This document shows positions 1 to 9,045 of a stretch of 61,909 nucleotides of DNA, piece after piece. The position numbers and the translations under genes were made by a program. How positions within the stretch are numbered: the first letter of the stretch is position 1; each line of letters begins with the position of its first letter. The notes beneath the pieces are model-generated. The model made no database searches. It had not been told where the DNA came from and saw nothing but the letters and a program-made list of their open reading frames with translations. Source of the DNA: Bacteroidota bacterium (GTDB taxonomy: Bacteria; Bacteroidota; Rhodothermia; Rhodothermales; UBA10348); NCBI GenBank assembly GCA_022571255.1, contig JACZYD010000004.1, forward strand, positions 1 to 61,909, in the 5' to 3' direction.

Positions 1-652
1 CATACCGCCAGTATTTGCCGGGCAAATCCCACCGGGCCGTCTCCTGCCCTGCGTTATTCAATCTCGCAATATATCCGCTGAATTCTTTGTCGATGACCTT
101 GTAAAAATATCCGCCCTCAAAGCTCGTCACGTACCGGTTACCGGAATCAACCGGTGTGTCTTGCGGGAGATGAATTGTTCGAACGATTTCTTCATTTACG
201 ATTTGTAGAATACGGGGGTCTTCCGGTGTGAAGACAACCAGCGTATCGCCCCGAAATCCGGAGATGTATGGATACTTCACCTCTTCGAACTGAAGGCTGC
301 TGCTCACGCGCCCCGACTCCTCAAAACCGGTCATGACGTGAGTCAGGAGATCGCCCACCCACAGGCGGCCGTCCGGCGCATAGACAAGGCTGCTTGGATA
401 GGACAGAAGGGGCGAATCGGGGCGAAGTTGATCGACAATTTCCAGTGTATCCACAGGAATTGAGGCTGCCAACGCGCGAGAAAGTGAGTCGGCCGGGAAT
501 AGTTCTCGATTTTCCTTTTTGCTGCACGAAAACGGCAGACAACCCGCAAGGACAAAAGTGAGCAGCAGCAGCGCGTACTGAGGTTGCGAATGAAAACGTC
601 GATGCCCGGATCCAAGTGTACGAGGAGGTCCGGAAAGTTTGTGTGGGTGCAT
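1..652 (-). CDS. Putative lipoprotein, hypothetical (3' end runs off the window)
   Basis: Not in the ORF track. Hand translation from ATG at 652: MHPHKLSG...QYALLLLTFVLAGCLPFSCSKKENRELFPADSLSR, a hydrophobic stretch plus LAGC lipobox. Only the 5' part and the last codons were translated. Confidence 0.65.
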   Translation of the reverse strand, partial: MHPHKLSGPPRTLGSGHRRFHSQPQYALLLLTFVLAGCLPFSCSKKENRELFPADSLSRALAASIPVDTLEIVDQLRPDSPLLSYPSSLVYAPDGRLWVGDLLTHVMTGFEESGRVSSSLQFEEVKYPYISGFRGDTLVVFTPEDPRILQIVNEEIVRTIHLPQDTPVDSGNRYVTSFEGGYFYKVIDKEFSGYIARLNNAGQETARWDLPGKYWRY

Positions 653-800
653 GATCCTGATCAAAAAGCGAACATCGGCCTCTCAACCCGCTACCGACGG
701 AACGGTTTCTTTTTCACTGCGTCGGAGAAATGCCGATTCGGAATGTAAGAAAGTAACTGTGTCGGTCAATAACTTGTGTAAGTCAGTATCCCGCGTACCC

Positions 801-3371
801 TTGGAAATCGCAGCCGTCGCCCTCCCACTCCCTGTCGAGCAGACTTACTCGTACGCCGTTCCACGGGCAATGCAGAAAATCGTCCGAGTCGGATCGGCCG
901 TGCTCGTGCCGTTTGGACGGCGATCGCTGACGGGTATCGTGACCGCGGAAGGAAAAGCGCTCAAGAGCATCGTCACCATGGAGGGAAAAGCGCTCGACGC
1001 CGGCAAAACCCGGAATGAAAAGCGAGTTCTTAAAGAAATCCTTGATATCCTGGATACGGAACCGGCTATCACGGGCGATCAGATGAAACTCGCTCAATGG
1101 ATCGCGGACTACTATTTGTGTGGCCTCGGAGAGGTCCTCAGGGCGGCCCTGCCGCCGGGAATTGGATCCTCGTCGGAACAGCGAATCAGCCGCATTAAGC
1201 TGGAGGATCCGACTGCGGCAGAAGACGGCTCGATGCCGGCTGCGGCAGAAGACAGCCCGATTCCGCTGTCGAAAAAGGACAAAGAGATTCTTGATGCCCT
1301 GCCCGAATCAGGCAGCGTGAGTGTAAAGTCGCTCCTGCTTCAGAATCCGTCGGTGACCAGGTCGCAGCTTCAGAGACTCGAATCGAGAGGTTTGCTCGCA
1401 ATAGAATTTATGCTGCGAGGCCCCCGGACCACGATTCGCAAAATGGTGATCGTCCATTTGAGTGGACCAGCCGCACGGGAAGAACCAGGAGGTATCAAGC
1501 AGCGAGCTGTTTTGAACGCACTTCGTCACCGTGCCCGCTCCAACACGGCCAACGAAGGCGTCACCCTTGACTCTGGCCTGCCGCGTGATGAGCTGCTCAA
1601 ACAGACGGGAGCCAGCACGGCAACCGTCAAACGACTTCAGGAACTTGGTTTCGTCACGCTTTCCGAGCGGGAAATCGACCGATCCCGAGCCCGCACCACC
1701 AACACCGAAGCCATAAAGCCACCGCCAAATCATGACCTTGATCCCACGCAAGTCAACGCGATCGAACGCATCGGCAGCGCGATCGTCGCCGGACGGTTCG
1801 AGACATTTCTGCTGCACGGAGTGACGGGTTCAGGAAAAACGGAAGTCTACATAGAAGCCCTCAAACTGACAAGAAAGCAAGGGAAATCGGGAATTATTCT
1901 GGTTCCGGAAATCTCCCTCACCCCTCAGACCGTTGCACGGTTTCGATCACATTTCGGCGAAGAGATCGCCGTATTGCATTCGCGAATGAGCCCGGGCGAG
2001 CGGTTTGATGCGTGGCGTGGTATCCGTGCCGGAAAGTATCCCGTTGTCATCGGGCCACGTTCTGCCGTACTCGCACCCGTCGACAACCTCGGATTGATTG
2101 TGGTGGACGAAGAACACGAACAATCGTACAAGCAGTTCGACCCGGCTCCGCGGTATCACGCCCGCGATGTTGCCGTAGTGCGCGCCCGGCAGGCGTCCGC
2201 CGCATGTGTACTGGGCTCCGCAACCCCCAGTCTGGAGAGTCTGACCAATGCGCAAACGAAAAAGTATATCCTCCTGTCCATGCCGGAAAGAGTGAAAACA
2301 CACGGCCGGCGCGCTAAACTCCCCGAGGTTCGAGTGGTCGACATGCGAAACAGATCAGCAACCGAAAACGGCTCTTCAGTTTTGTCAACAATTTTGTCGG
2401 ACGCCATAGAAAAACGCCTTTTGTCCGGAGAACAGATTATTCTGCTTCAGAATCGACGAGGATATGCGCCGACCGTGCGATGTGAACAGTGCAACTGGGC
2501 TCCGGACTGTCCGGACTGCTCGGTCACGATGATCTATCACAAATCGCGCCGCCACCTCCGGTGTCATTATTGTGGTCGGACGCGAAAACTGCCTCCCCGG
2601 TGCCCCTCGTGTGGAAACGAATCGGTCCTGCAGCTCGGTATCGGCACACAACGTGTTGAAGAAGAGATTCTGAATCGTTTTCCGACAGCGCGTGTCGCGC
2701 GCATGGATCTCGATACCACAACGTTCAAAAATGCGCACCACAAGATCCTGGATCGTTTTGCCCGCGGCGAGGCCGACATCCTTCTGGGTACACAAATGGT
2801 ATCAAAAGGCCTTGATTTTGGCAACGTTTCGCTGGTGGGAATCATCGACGCGGATACGGGAATTTACCTGCCGGATATTCGGGCCGAAGAGCGGACTTTT
2901 CAGCTCTTGACACAGGTTGCGGGCCGCGCGGGGCGAGCAGAATTGCCGGGCGAGGTGATCCTTCAAACACACAACCCGGGGCATCGCGTCATTCAGTACG
3001 CGATGCAGCACGACTATGACCGTTTTGCCCGAAACGTTTTGCCGGAACGGCAGGCTCTTGACTATCCCCCGTTCGGGCGCATCATCGCCGTACTGTTCAG
3101 CGGACCGGACGCGAACCGTGTAAACAGAATCGCCCTGGACTGGTGCCGCGAAGCACGAAAGATAGACTCGTCCATTACGATTCTCGGGCCATCACCCTCT
3201 TTCATCGGACGAATACGCAAGAATCATCGTTCACAGATTCTGATAAAAATTGAACGACTCCGATCTCATCGCGGCACTCGCGCTCTTATTCGCCAAACCA
3301 ATAAAGCGCTTGGAAATCCACCTCGAAATTACCGGATTGCAGTGGATGTCGATCCGATAGGATTGGCATAA
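801..3371 (+). CDS. priA: Primosomal protein N' (replication restart helicase)
   Basis: LLHGVTGSGKTEVY Walker A, VDEEHE, GSATPS, four CxxC pairs, GTQMVSKGLDF, QVAGRAGR, C-terminal DVDP. Start uncertain (TTG 801 or GTG 759). Confidence 0.97.
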   Translation: MEIAAVALPLPVEQTYSYAVPRAMQKIVRVGSAVLVPFGRRSLTGIVTAEGKALKSIVTMEGKALDAGKTRNEKRVLKEILDILDTEPAITGDQMKLAQWIADYYLCGLGEVLRAALPPGIGSSSEQRISRIKLEDPTAAEDGSMPAAAEDSPIPLSKKDKEILDALPESGSVSVKSLLLQNPSVTRSQLQRLESRGLLAIEFMLRGPRTTIRKMVIVHLSGPAAREEPGGIKQRAVLNALRHRARSNTANEGVTLDSGLPRDELLKQTGASTATVKRLQELGFVTLSEREIDRSRARTTNTEAIKPPPNHDLDPTQVNAIERIGSAIVAGRFETFLLHGVTGSGKTEVYIEALKLTRKQGKSGIILVPEISLTPQTVARFRSHFGEEIAVLHSRMSPGERFDAWRGIRAGKYPVVIGPRSAVLAPVDNLGLIVVDEEHEQSYKQFDPAPRYHARDVAVVRARQASAACVLGSATPSLESLTNAQTKKYILLSMPERVKTHGRRAKLPEVRVVDMRNRSATENGSSVLSTILSDAIEKRLLSGEQIILLQNRRGYAPTVRCEQCNWAPDCPDCSVTMIYHKSRRHLRCHYCGRTRKLPPRCPSCGNESVLQLGIGTQRVEEEILNRFPTARVARMDLDTTTFKNAHHKILDRFARGEADILLGTQMVSKGLDFGNVSLVGIIDADTGIYLPDIRAEERTFQLLTQVAGRAGRAELPGEVILQTHNPGHRVIQYAMQHDYDRFARNVLPERQALDYPPFGRIIAVLFSGPDANRVNRIALDWCREARKIDSSITILGPSPSFIGRIRKNHRSQILIKIERLRSHRGTRALIRQTNKALGNPPRNYRIAVDVDPIGLA
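936..995 (+). repeat. In-frame 33-nt tandem duplication inside priA (IVTAEGKAL / IVTMEGKAL)
   Basis: atcgtgaccgcggaaggaaaagcgctc at 936 and atcgtcaccatggagggaaaagcgctc at 969. Confidence 0.8.
1209..1265 (+). repeat. In-frame 27-nt tandem duplication inside priA (PTAAEDGSM / PAAAEDSPI)
   Basis: ccgactgcggcagaagacggctcgatg followed by ccggctgcggcagaagacagcccgatt. Confidence 0.8.
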
Positions 3372-4123
3372 TCTGCATGGGCGAAATTCGGACGCCACAA
3401 TCGAGAGATGGCTTCATCCATTGCACTCCAGTCGTTGCGAGCTATGATAGACAGGTAATAAGCGGACTCTTCAGCCGCATACCGGCTGCTGTCGGCCGCC
3501 AGCACGAGCTCACCCTCACCTTGCTCTACCGTACCCGCCAATCCAACTATCTTTAAAAGAATGCGATGCGATTCGGGCAGAGTGGCAAGCGTCATGTGCA
3601 AGAGGCCCATGGTTTTATACGCTTCGTAATACGTCGGATGATGCTCGATCAGATCTTCCAGTTTGGAATAAGAAGTCTTCATGGCCAGGGCCGCTTTGAG
3701 CGTTTCACCCCGATCAGCCCAGATGAAAAGGCGCTGCCGGGCTGACTCGGCGGTTAAATAATCGATGCCCGCTGACATGGGAGCGCGCCGAAGCAACGCT
3801 CGGAAGCGATCAGACTCGTCCATGAAGCGTTCGAAATATTCTTTGCGATCGGACTTGAGAGCCCGAATCATGGCAATCTCCGTGCGGTGATACATGGCAG
3901 CGATCATTCCGTCCTTTCGTTTCCACAACTGATTCAGAATCTCGCCGGCCTTATCGAAGTTCTTTATGAACATCGCAGAACGCGCATTATCGAGAAGCGC
4001 GATCGACTCGGACGTGGTTATCAGGAACGGTGGATATTCAGAAGTCTGCCTCATCGGTGCTTCGGCGGCCTGGTTGGCAGTCCAGACAAAGAGCAGCGAA
4101 AGGAGAAAAATTGGCCTTCCCAT
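3329..4123 (-). CDS. Exported helical (TPR-like) hypothetical protein, possibly C-terminally truncated
   Basis: Sec signal peptide; helical segments such as YYEAYKTMGLLHM; last residues are antisense to the priA end (43-nt overlap). Confidence 0.6.
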   Translation of the reverse strand: MGRPIFLLSLLFVWTANQAAEAPMRQTSEYPPFLITTSESIALLDNARSAMFIKNFDKAGEILNQLWKRKDGMIAAMYHRTEIAMIRALKSDRKEYFERFMDESDRFRALLRRAPMSAGIDYLTAESARQRLFIWADRGETLKAALAMKTSYSKLEDLIEHHPTYYEAYKTMGLLHMTLATLPESHRILLKIVGLAGTVEQGEGELVLAADSSRYAAEESAYYLSIIARNDWSAMDEAISRLWRPNFAHADYANPIGSTSTAIR

Positions 4124-4130
4124 CGGGTAA

Positions 4131-5222
4131 TTATTTCCAGCGTTTTGATGGCTTGATAAATCCTGCGGCCGGCATTAGTGCGTTGTAGACTGTATAGAGC
4201 ACGGCAAGGACCGGCACGCGAGGAATAAGATCTTTTGCTTTGAAATGGCAAAAAGCATTCCCGATACATAACGCGTGAATAATCAGCCACGCGACAAACC
4301 CGGCGAGGCCCGACCACCTGGTAAATAAGGGACCCAGTAACACCGCAGTCAGCGAAAACCAGTAAAACAGCCCCGCGATTTTCACCGGCCCTCTAAAATA
4401 TCGACCGGCCGAAGAGTGTCTTTTTTTCTGTACGAGCCAGGCGCCGAAGGTGGTCATGGACCGGGTGCTGACGGCCGCGTCCTGATCGGCCATCCACACG
4501 ATTCTTGCGGCTCCCGCAGCGTGCACATGTTGCACGAAAAGATCGTCGTCACCACTCAGGGAAAGAAGACCATCGGCGAATCCGCCAACGGAGTTGAATG
4601 TGCGCCGCCGGTAACTGAGATTGGTACCAAACGCCATGAAAGGCATCCCGAGTCCAATGGTCGCCGCCGCCTGAAACGAAGTAATCAGAGCCACATATCG
4701 GGCCATCAGATTTAACGGACCGGGTTCTCTGTCGAAAAGTGCATATCCGACTACCACAACGTCTTCGTCATACATATCGTGCCTTTCGGCGAGCCGGGAG
4801 AGCCATTCGGGGGAGGGCCGACAATCGGCATCCGTGAAGGCCATCACGTCGTATTTCGCGGCGGCAATTCCCGTTGTAAGGGCCGTTTTTTTTCGTGGGT
4901 ATCCGGGACGCGTGACCCTCAAAAGGCGGAGCCACGACCTGCTCTTCGCCGCAGCCTCCACAACGGCAGCAGTACCATCGTCCGAGGCGTCGTCTACGAT
5001 CAATACTTCGAATTCCGGGTGAGATTGCGCGTCCAGCGAAGCAATCAAGTCGGGCAATCGAGATTCTTCATTACGGGCCGCAACCACGACCGAAACGGGT
5101 GTCGGACGGGAGCTTGGCCTGGAACGAAGGCCGACCGGCTTGCGCGCGCGCCGGTATCCGACAGCGAACGCCAGCCAGAAAAAACACTGGATCAGAAAAG
5201 CGATGGTGGTAAATAAAATCAC
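4131..5222 (-). CDS. Family 2 glycosyltransferase, membrane bound
   Basis: VSVVVAARNE, VDDASDD, TDADC, SGDDD, QKKRH (QxxRW-like); GTG at 5222 overlaps the upstream TGA (GTGA). Confidence 0.9.
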   Translation of the reverse strand: MILFTTIAFLIQCFFWLAFAVGYRRARKPVGLRSRPSSRPTPVSVVVAARNEESRLPDLIASLDAQSHPEFEVLIVDDASDDGTAAVVEAAAKSRSWLRLLRVTRPGYPRKKTALTTGIAAAKYDVMAFTDADCRPSPEWLSRLAERHDMYDEDVVVVGYALFDREPGPLNLMARYVALITSFQAAATIGLGMPFMAFGTNLSYRRRTFNSVGGFADGLLSLSGDDDLFVQHVHAAGAARIVWMADQDAAVSTRSMTTFGAWLVQKKRHSSAGRYFRGPVKIAGLFYWFSLTAVLLGPLFTRWSGLAGFVAWLIIHALCIGNAFCHFKAKDLIPRVPVLAVLYTVYNALMPAAGFIKPSKRWK

Positions 5223-6028
5223 GGCCGCTTCTCCGGATCGGGAAACACCTCGCGTGGATCGGGAAACACCTCGCGTGGATGCGGCAGGGCTTCGAGCGCA
5301 TCGGGAAACACCTCGCGCGGATGCGGCAGGGCTTCGAGCTTCCATCCGTCCGCAATCAACCCGTCTATGAGACGGTCCAGGGACGTGCCATTTTCTTCAG
5401 CCCAGACGGGGCTGTTTTCGTGCAAAAGAACAAGAGAGCCTGAGCGTACGGTTTTCCGAATATACCGGATTACATCCGCCGCAGTGACTCCGTCGCTGTA
5501 ATCAGCGGGATCTACATCCCACAATGCCACTGCCAGACTGTTCCGTTTGTACCACGCATACAGCGACCGGGTCAAGCGCCCGTACGGAGGACGCGCCCAC
5601 GTCGTAGTAATTTCTGCATCTGCATTACCGGGAGCGAGCAGCCGACGTAAACCTCGATCGTGATCATCCTCTATCGTCGAGGCCCGATGATGCCATGCAT
5701 TCAGATGACGGTAACCGTGCAACCCGACTTCATGCCCTGACAATCGGGCAGCAGTCAAGACCGATGCCGATTCCCGGCAGGATTCAGTCGCCTCCCCTGT
5801 GAAAAAAAATGTCGCCCGGGCCTGTTTCAGGTTCAAATAATCAATCAACGGCTGCGTTGCGGGGCCCGGCCCGTCATCAAACGTCAGATACAGTGTCCGT
5901 TCAAGCGCCGGTATCCGGAAATAAATGCGGCCCGACACACGGTCGGAAAACGGCTTGAATGTCGTGAGCACCGCAAGAATTCGTGATGCCGCCGTCGATG
6001 CCGCAGCCTTCAGAAAAAATAACTTCAT
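5219..6028 (-). CDS. Polysaccharide deacetylase (NodB/CE4)
   Basis: LTFDDGP, HGYRH, RPPYG, WDVDPADY, LVLLHE motifs. Confidence 0.9.
   Translation of the reverse strand: MKLFFLKAAASTAASRILAVLTTFKPFSDRVSGRIYFRIPALERTLYLTFDDGPGPATQPLIDYLNLKQARATFFFTGEATESCRESASVLTAARLSGHEVGLHGYRHLNAWHHRASTIEDDHDRGLRRLLAPGNADAEITTTWARPPYGRLTRSLYAWYKRNSLAVALWDVDPADYSDGVTAADVIRYIRKTVRSGSLVLLHENSPVWAEENGTSLDRLIDGLIADGWKLEALPHPREVFPDALEALPHPREVFPDPREVFPDPEKRP
5235..5339. repeat. Compound 21-nt tandem repeat (A-A-B-A-B) in the deacetylase C-terminus
   Basis: ggatcgggaaacacctcgcgt x3 and ggatgcggcagggcttcgagc x2; encodes LEALPHP/REVFPDP repeats. Confidence 0.9.
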
Positions 6029-6050
6029 TCCTGTTGCTCCACGTATTGAC

Positions 6051-6162
6051 ACGATCCTGTCGGTACAATCCTGTCGAAACAATCCTGTCGAAACAATCCT
6101 GTCGAAACAATCCTGTCGAAACGGTCCTGCCGATACAATCCTGTCGAAACGGTACTATCGTT
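6051..6162. repeat. 14-nt tandem repeat, about 8 units
   Basis: acaatcctgtcgaa: five exact copies plus three degenerate; the last unit overlaps the GT2 stop codon. Confidence 0.95.
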
Positions 6163-7354
6163 CCAGAGTACGGGACTTCCATACATATCTGCCGAGCAAT
6201 CCGGCCATTCCTGCCCACAATACATAGGCGATCTGAAACGGTTGTGCAGGAAGGTGATATTTCAGCAGCGATCGTCCATCGAAAAGCCGCGTCGCCGCAG
6301 AAAGTACCCATCGTTCCGCTCCGATTTTCGCGCACAACATGAAAAAAAGAATCGGCCAGAATCTACTGTCCCACATTGCAGCCAACGTAACGAGAGGAAT
6401 ACTCAGCACGAAGAGGTATACCGCAACGTGCATGACGCTGATGAGTCGATCCTCATAAAAACCGACCTTGGATGCCCAACGCTTGCGCTGCCGCAAGAAT
6501 GATCTGACAGTTTCGGGAGCGCGGGTCACCACGATTGCTCCTTCACAAGCGCAATACCGAACGTCCCACGACGAATGAGATTCAATCCGTAACATGAGAA
6601 ACTCATCGTCGCCCGATGAAAGGTGTTCGAGACCGCTGTATCCACCGACTTCATCGAACGCCGCACGGCGAAAAGCAACATTTCCACCGCTGCAGGATAC
6701 CGGACGACCGGCATGAATCGACCCCGCATGGATACCCGCGAGGCCCATGAATTCCAGGGCAACACTGCGGCTGAACGCCGAGTCACCATATGGAAATACC
6801 ACCGGACCGGCAACAAATCCTGTCTCGTCATCAAACGTCTCGACGACGAGATCCAGCCATTCACGCGGGACGCGACAATCTGCATCGGTCAGGGCAATGA
6901 TCGATCCTCTGGACTCGGAAATGCCATAGTCCAATGCTTGTTTTTTGTGACCGCCCACTCGGGCCCGGGAGCGAATCTTTTCCCCAGGCATGACCAGAGC
7001 GCGAATACTCAGAGGCGACTCGCAACGCTTTGAGAAGGACTCTACGACTTCGTAAGTCCCATCCTCAGAATTATCATCGACCACAATAATTTCAAATCGG
7101 TCACTCGGATACGTTGAATCGATAAGCGATTCCAGGCAGGCCTCGAGGAAAGCCTCTTCATTTCGCGCCGCGATTACGACAGACACAAACGGGCGTGCAA
7201 CAGGGTCGGACAGCCGCCGACGACTGGTGTGCCCGGCACCCGCCGTGGACTTCAAGGCGGCCCGAATTCCCAGACCGAAATACGTGAGAGGCAAAACGTA
7301 ACCCAAAGCCAGCAGAAAACTCACCGCGTAGACCACCAGGAGAAGGAAACTCAT
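6155..7354 (-). CDS. Family 2 glycosyltransferase, membrane bound
   Basis: VSVVIAARNE, VDDNSED, TDADC, SGDDE, QRKRW. Confidence 0.92.
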   Translation of the reverse strand: MSFLLLVVYAVSFLLALGYVLPLTYFGLGIRAALKSTAGAGHTSRRRLSDPVARPFVSVVIAARNEEAFLEACLESLIDSTYPSDRFEIIVVDDNSEDGTYEVVESFSKRCESPLSIRALVMPGEKIRSRARVGGHKKQALDYGISESRGSIIALTDADCRVPREWLDLVVETFDDETGFVAGPVVFPYGDSAFSRSVALEFMGLAGIHAGSIHAGRPVSCSGGNVAFRRAAFDEVGGYSGLEHLSSGDDEFLMLRIESHSSWDVRYCACEGAIVVTRAPETVRSFLRQRKRWASKVGFYEDRLISVMHVAVYLFVLSIPLVTLAAMWDSRFWPILFFMLCAKIGAERWVLSAATRLFDGRSLLKYHLPAQPFQIAYVLWAGMAGLLGRYVWKSRTLER

Positions 7355-7454
7355 ATGATTCGCTGAATGACCCGGAAATGGACGCGCGAGAATGATTATC
7401 AAGGTAAAATATCGATCTGGAACTTGTGTATCACGCCTTCGTTCGGTCGCCTTC

Positions 7455-7553
7455 AGGGCAAGTCCCGCGCGGTCAGCTCCCTCTGAACTCCGTCAGGGCC
7501 GGAAGGCAGCAGCGGTAAGAGGTTGTAGCGATGCGATGCGGTCAGCTTGCCCT
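7455..7553 (+). ncRNA. ffs: Signal recognition particle 4.5S RNA
   Basis: Helix-8 consensus GTCAGGGCCGGAAGGCAGCAGC with GGAA tetraloop; terminal pairing agggcaag...cttgccct; followed by a T-run. Confidence 0.93.
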
Positions 7554-7615
7554 ATTTTTTTGTTGTCGCGTATCTTAGCAGCACCCACTTTCAGAACAAC
7601 CATACCCGCGATAGA

Positions 7616-7927
7616 ATGTCTCTGACAACTTACTTCATGATCGGCGCTCCTGGCGGAACAGATGCCAACCCGATCGCAATGTTTCTCCCGCTGATTCTGA
7701 TTTTTATCGTTTTCTACTTCTTTATCATACGGCCGCAGAAAAAGAAAGAAAGCACTCGCAAAAAAATGATCGATGCGATCGTAAAAGGAGACCGGATCAT
7801 AACGATTGGCGGTGTCCACGGCACGGTTACCCAAGTGGATGAAACGAGCGTCCTGGTCCAGGTTGACAACAACACAAAATTGCGCATCGAAAGAAGTGCG
7901 CTTTCGAGTGTGCCCAGTAAAGAATAA
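7616..7927 (+). CDS. yajC: Preprotein translocase subunit YajC
   Basis: FYFFIIRPQKKK, GDRIITIGGVHG. Confidence 0.95.
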   Translation: MSLTTYFMIGAPGGTDANPIAMFLPLILIFIVFYFFIIRPQKKKESTRKKMIDAIVKGDRIITIGGVHGTVTQVDETSVLVQVDNNTKLRIERSALSSVPSKE

Positions 7928-8904
7928 TGAAACCGGCAGGGTCAAAACTACTGTCCTGGCTCGCCGACATTCACCCGACCGTAAAAACGGCCATCCAGAT
8001 CGTGCTCTCGGTCGTATTGCTCTGGATACTCTTTTACCTGATCGATCCCGGTGAAATCGCCGATGCATTACTCCATGCTGATTCCATGAGAGTAATTGCC
8101 GCCCTTTCACTTGTGCCTTTAAGTATTGTACTGACCATCAGTGTCTGGTGGATTCTGCTGAAACTGATCGACAGCTCTGTCACGCTGCGATCTGCCTCAG
8201 GGGCCGTAATGGCCGGATACGCTCTCGCGGTTATCACTCCTGCGCGCATCGGGGAGCTGGGAGCGCGTGTATATTATCACCGTACTCTTGGTAAAAAACG
8301 CCTCCTGGGTGCGTTCGCCGTACAGGGCGTCTATCGTACGTCCCTGTATTTCGCTGGCGGAGCCGTCGCGATTTATCATGCCACAAGAGTTGGATTGCTG
8401 GATTCCTCGATCTGGACTCCTGTTGCGATGGCAGCCCTCATGGGATCTGCATTATTTGTGGCGGCGGGTGTGATCCCGAAAACGATCGTCTCCTGGATGT
8501 CCCGATTCCCGCTGCTTTCGCGTTTCGTACCCGCTCTCGATTTTGTCGATAAATTATCCGGTAGAACCACGATGCTGCTTTTCGCGGTGTCCTCGGTCCG
8601 GTACTTGATGACGATATCGCAGTTCAGTCTTTTGCTGTATGCCATGGGGGTCCGTGTCGAAGTGCAGGCCCTGCTGTCCGGCGCGGGATTTGTTTTTTTC
8701 ATCAAATCCTTCGTACCCAACCTGTTTTTCACGGATCTGGGCATCCGAGAAGGCACGGCCGCGTTTTTCTTCCAGTCGATGGGAGATTTTGGACCGGAGG
8801 CAGTTGCAGCGGCGCTGGGTCTTTTTGGCCTGAATGCGGTCCTGCCTGCGATTGCCGGAATACCAGTACTCTGGTTCAAACCGAAAATCAGCGACCCGGC
8901 GTAG
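7927..8904 (+). CDS. Lysylphosphatidylglycerol synthase TM / flippase-like membrane protein (UPF0104)
   Basis: Multi-TM; ITPARIGELGAR and LGIREG motifs. Confidence 0.8.
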   Translation: MKPAGSKLLSWLADIHPTVKTAIQIVLSVVLLWILFYLIDPGEIADALLHADSMRVIAALSLVPLSIVLTISVWWILLKLIDSSVTLRSASGAVMAGYALAVITPARIGELGARVYYHRTLGKKRLLGAFAVQGVYRTSLYFAGGAVAIYHATRVGLLDSSIWTPVAMAALMGSALFVAAGVIPKTIVSWMSRFPLLSRFVPALDFVDKLSGRTTMLLFAVSSVRYLMTISQFSLLLYAMGVRVEVQALLSGAGFVFFIKSFVPNLFFTDLGIREGTAAFFFQSMGDFGPEAVAAALGLFGLNAVLPAIAGIPVLWFKPKISDPA

Positions 8905-9045
8905 CTGCGGACCCGGCGTAGCTGCGGACCCGGCGTAGCTGCGGACCCGGCGTAGCTGCGGACCCGGCGTAGCTGCGGAACCGGCGTAGCTGCGGAACCG
9001 GCGTAGCTGCGGAACCGACGTAGCTATGGACCCGACTTAGCCGCT
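8893..9045. repeat. 17-nt tandem repeat, about 9 units, filling a convergent intergenic gap
   Basis: gacccggcgtagctgcg x5, gaaccggcgtagctgcg x2, then two degenerate units. Confidence 0.95.

Noticed and set aside
7547-7615. N-terminal extension of yajC in the ORF track
   Set aside because: It begins inside the SRP RNA 3' end and T-run; ATG 7616 or later fits YajC.
8893-9045. CRISPR array (also considered for 6051-6162, 17923-18120 and 56814-56898)
   Set aside because: Units are directly adjacent with no unique spacers, and no cas genes are in the window.
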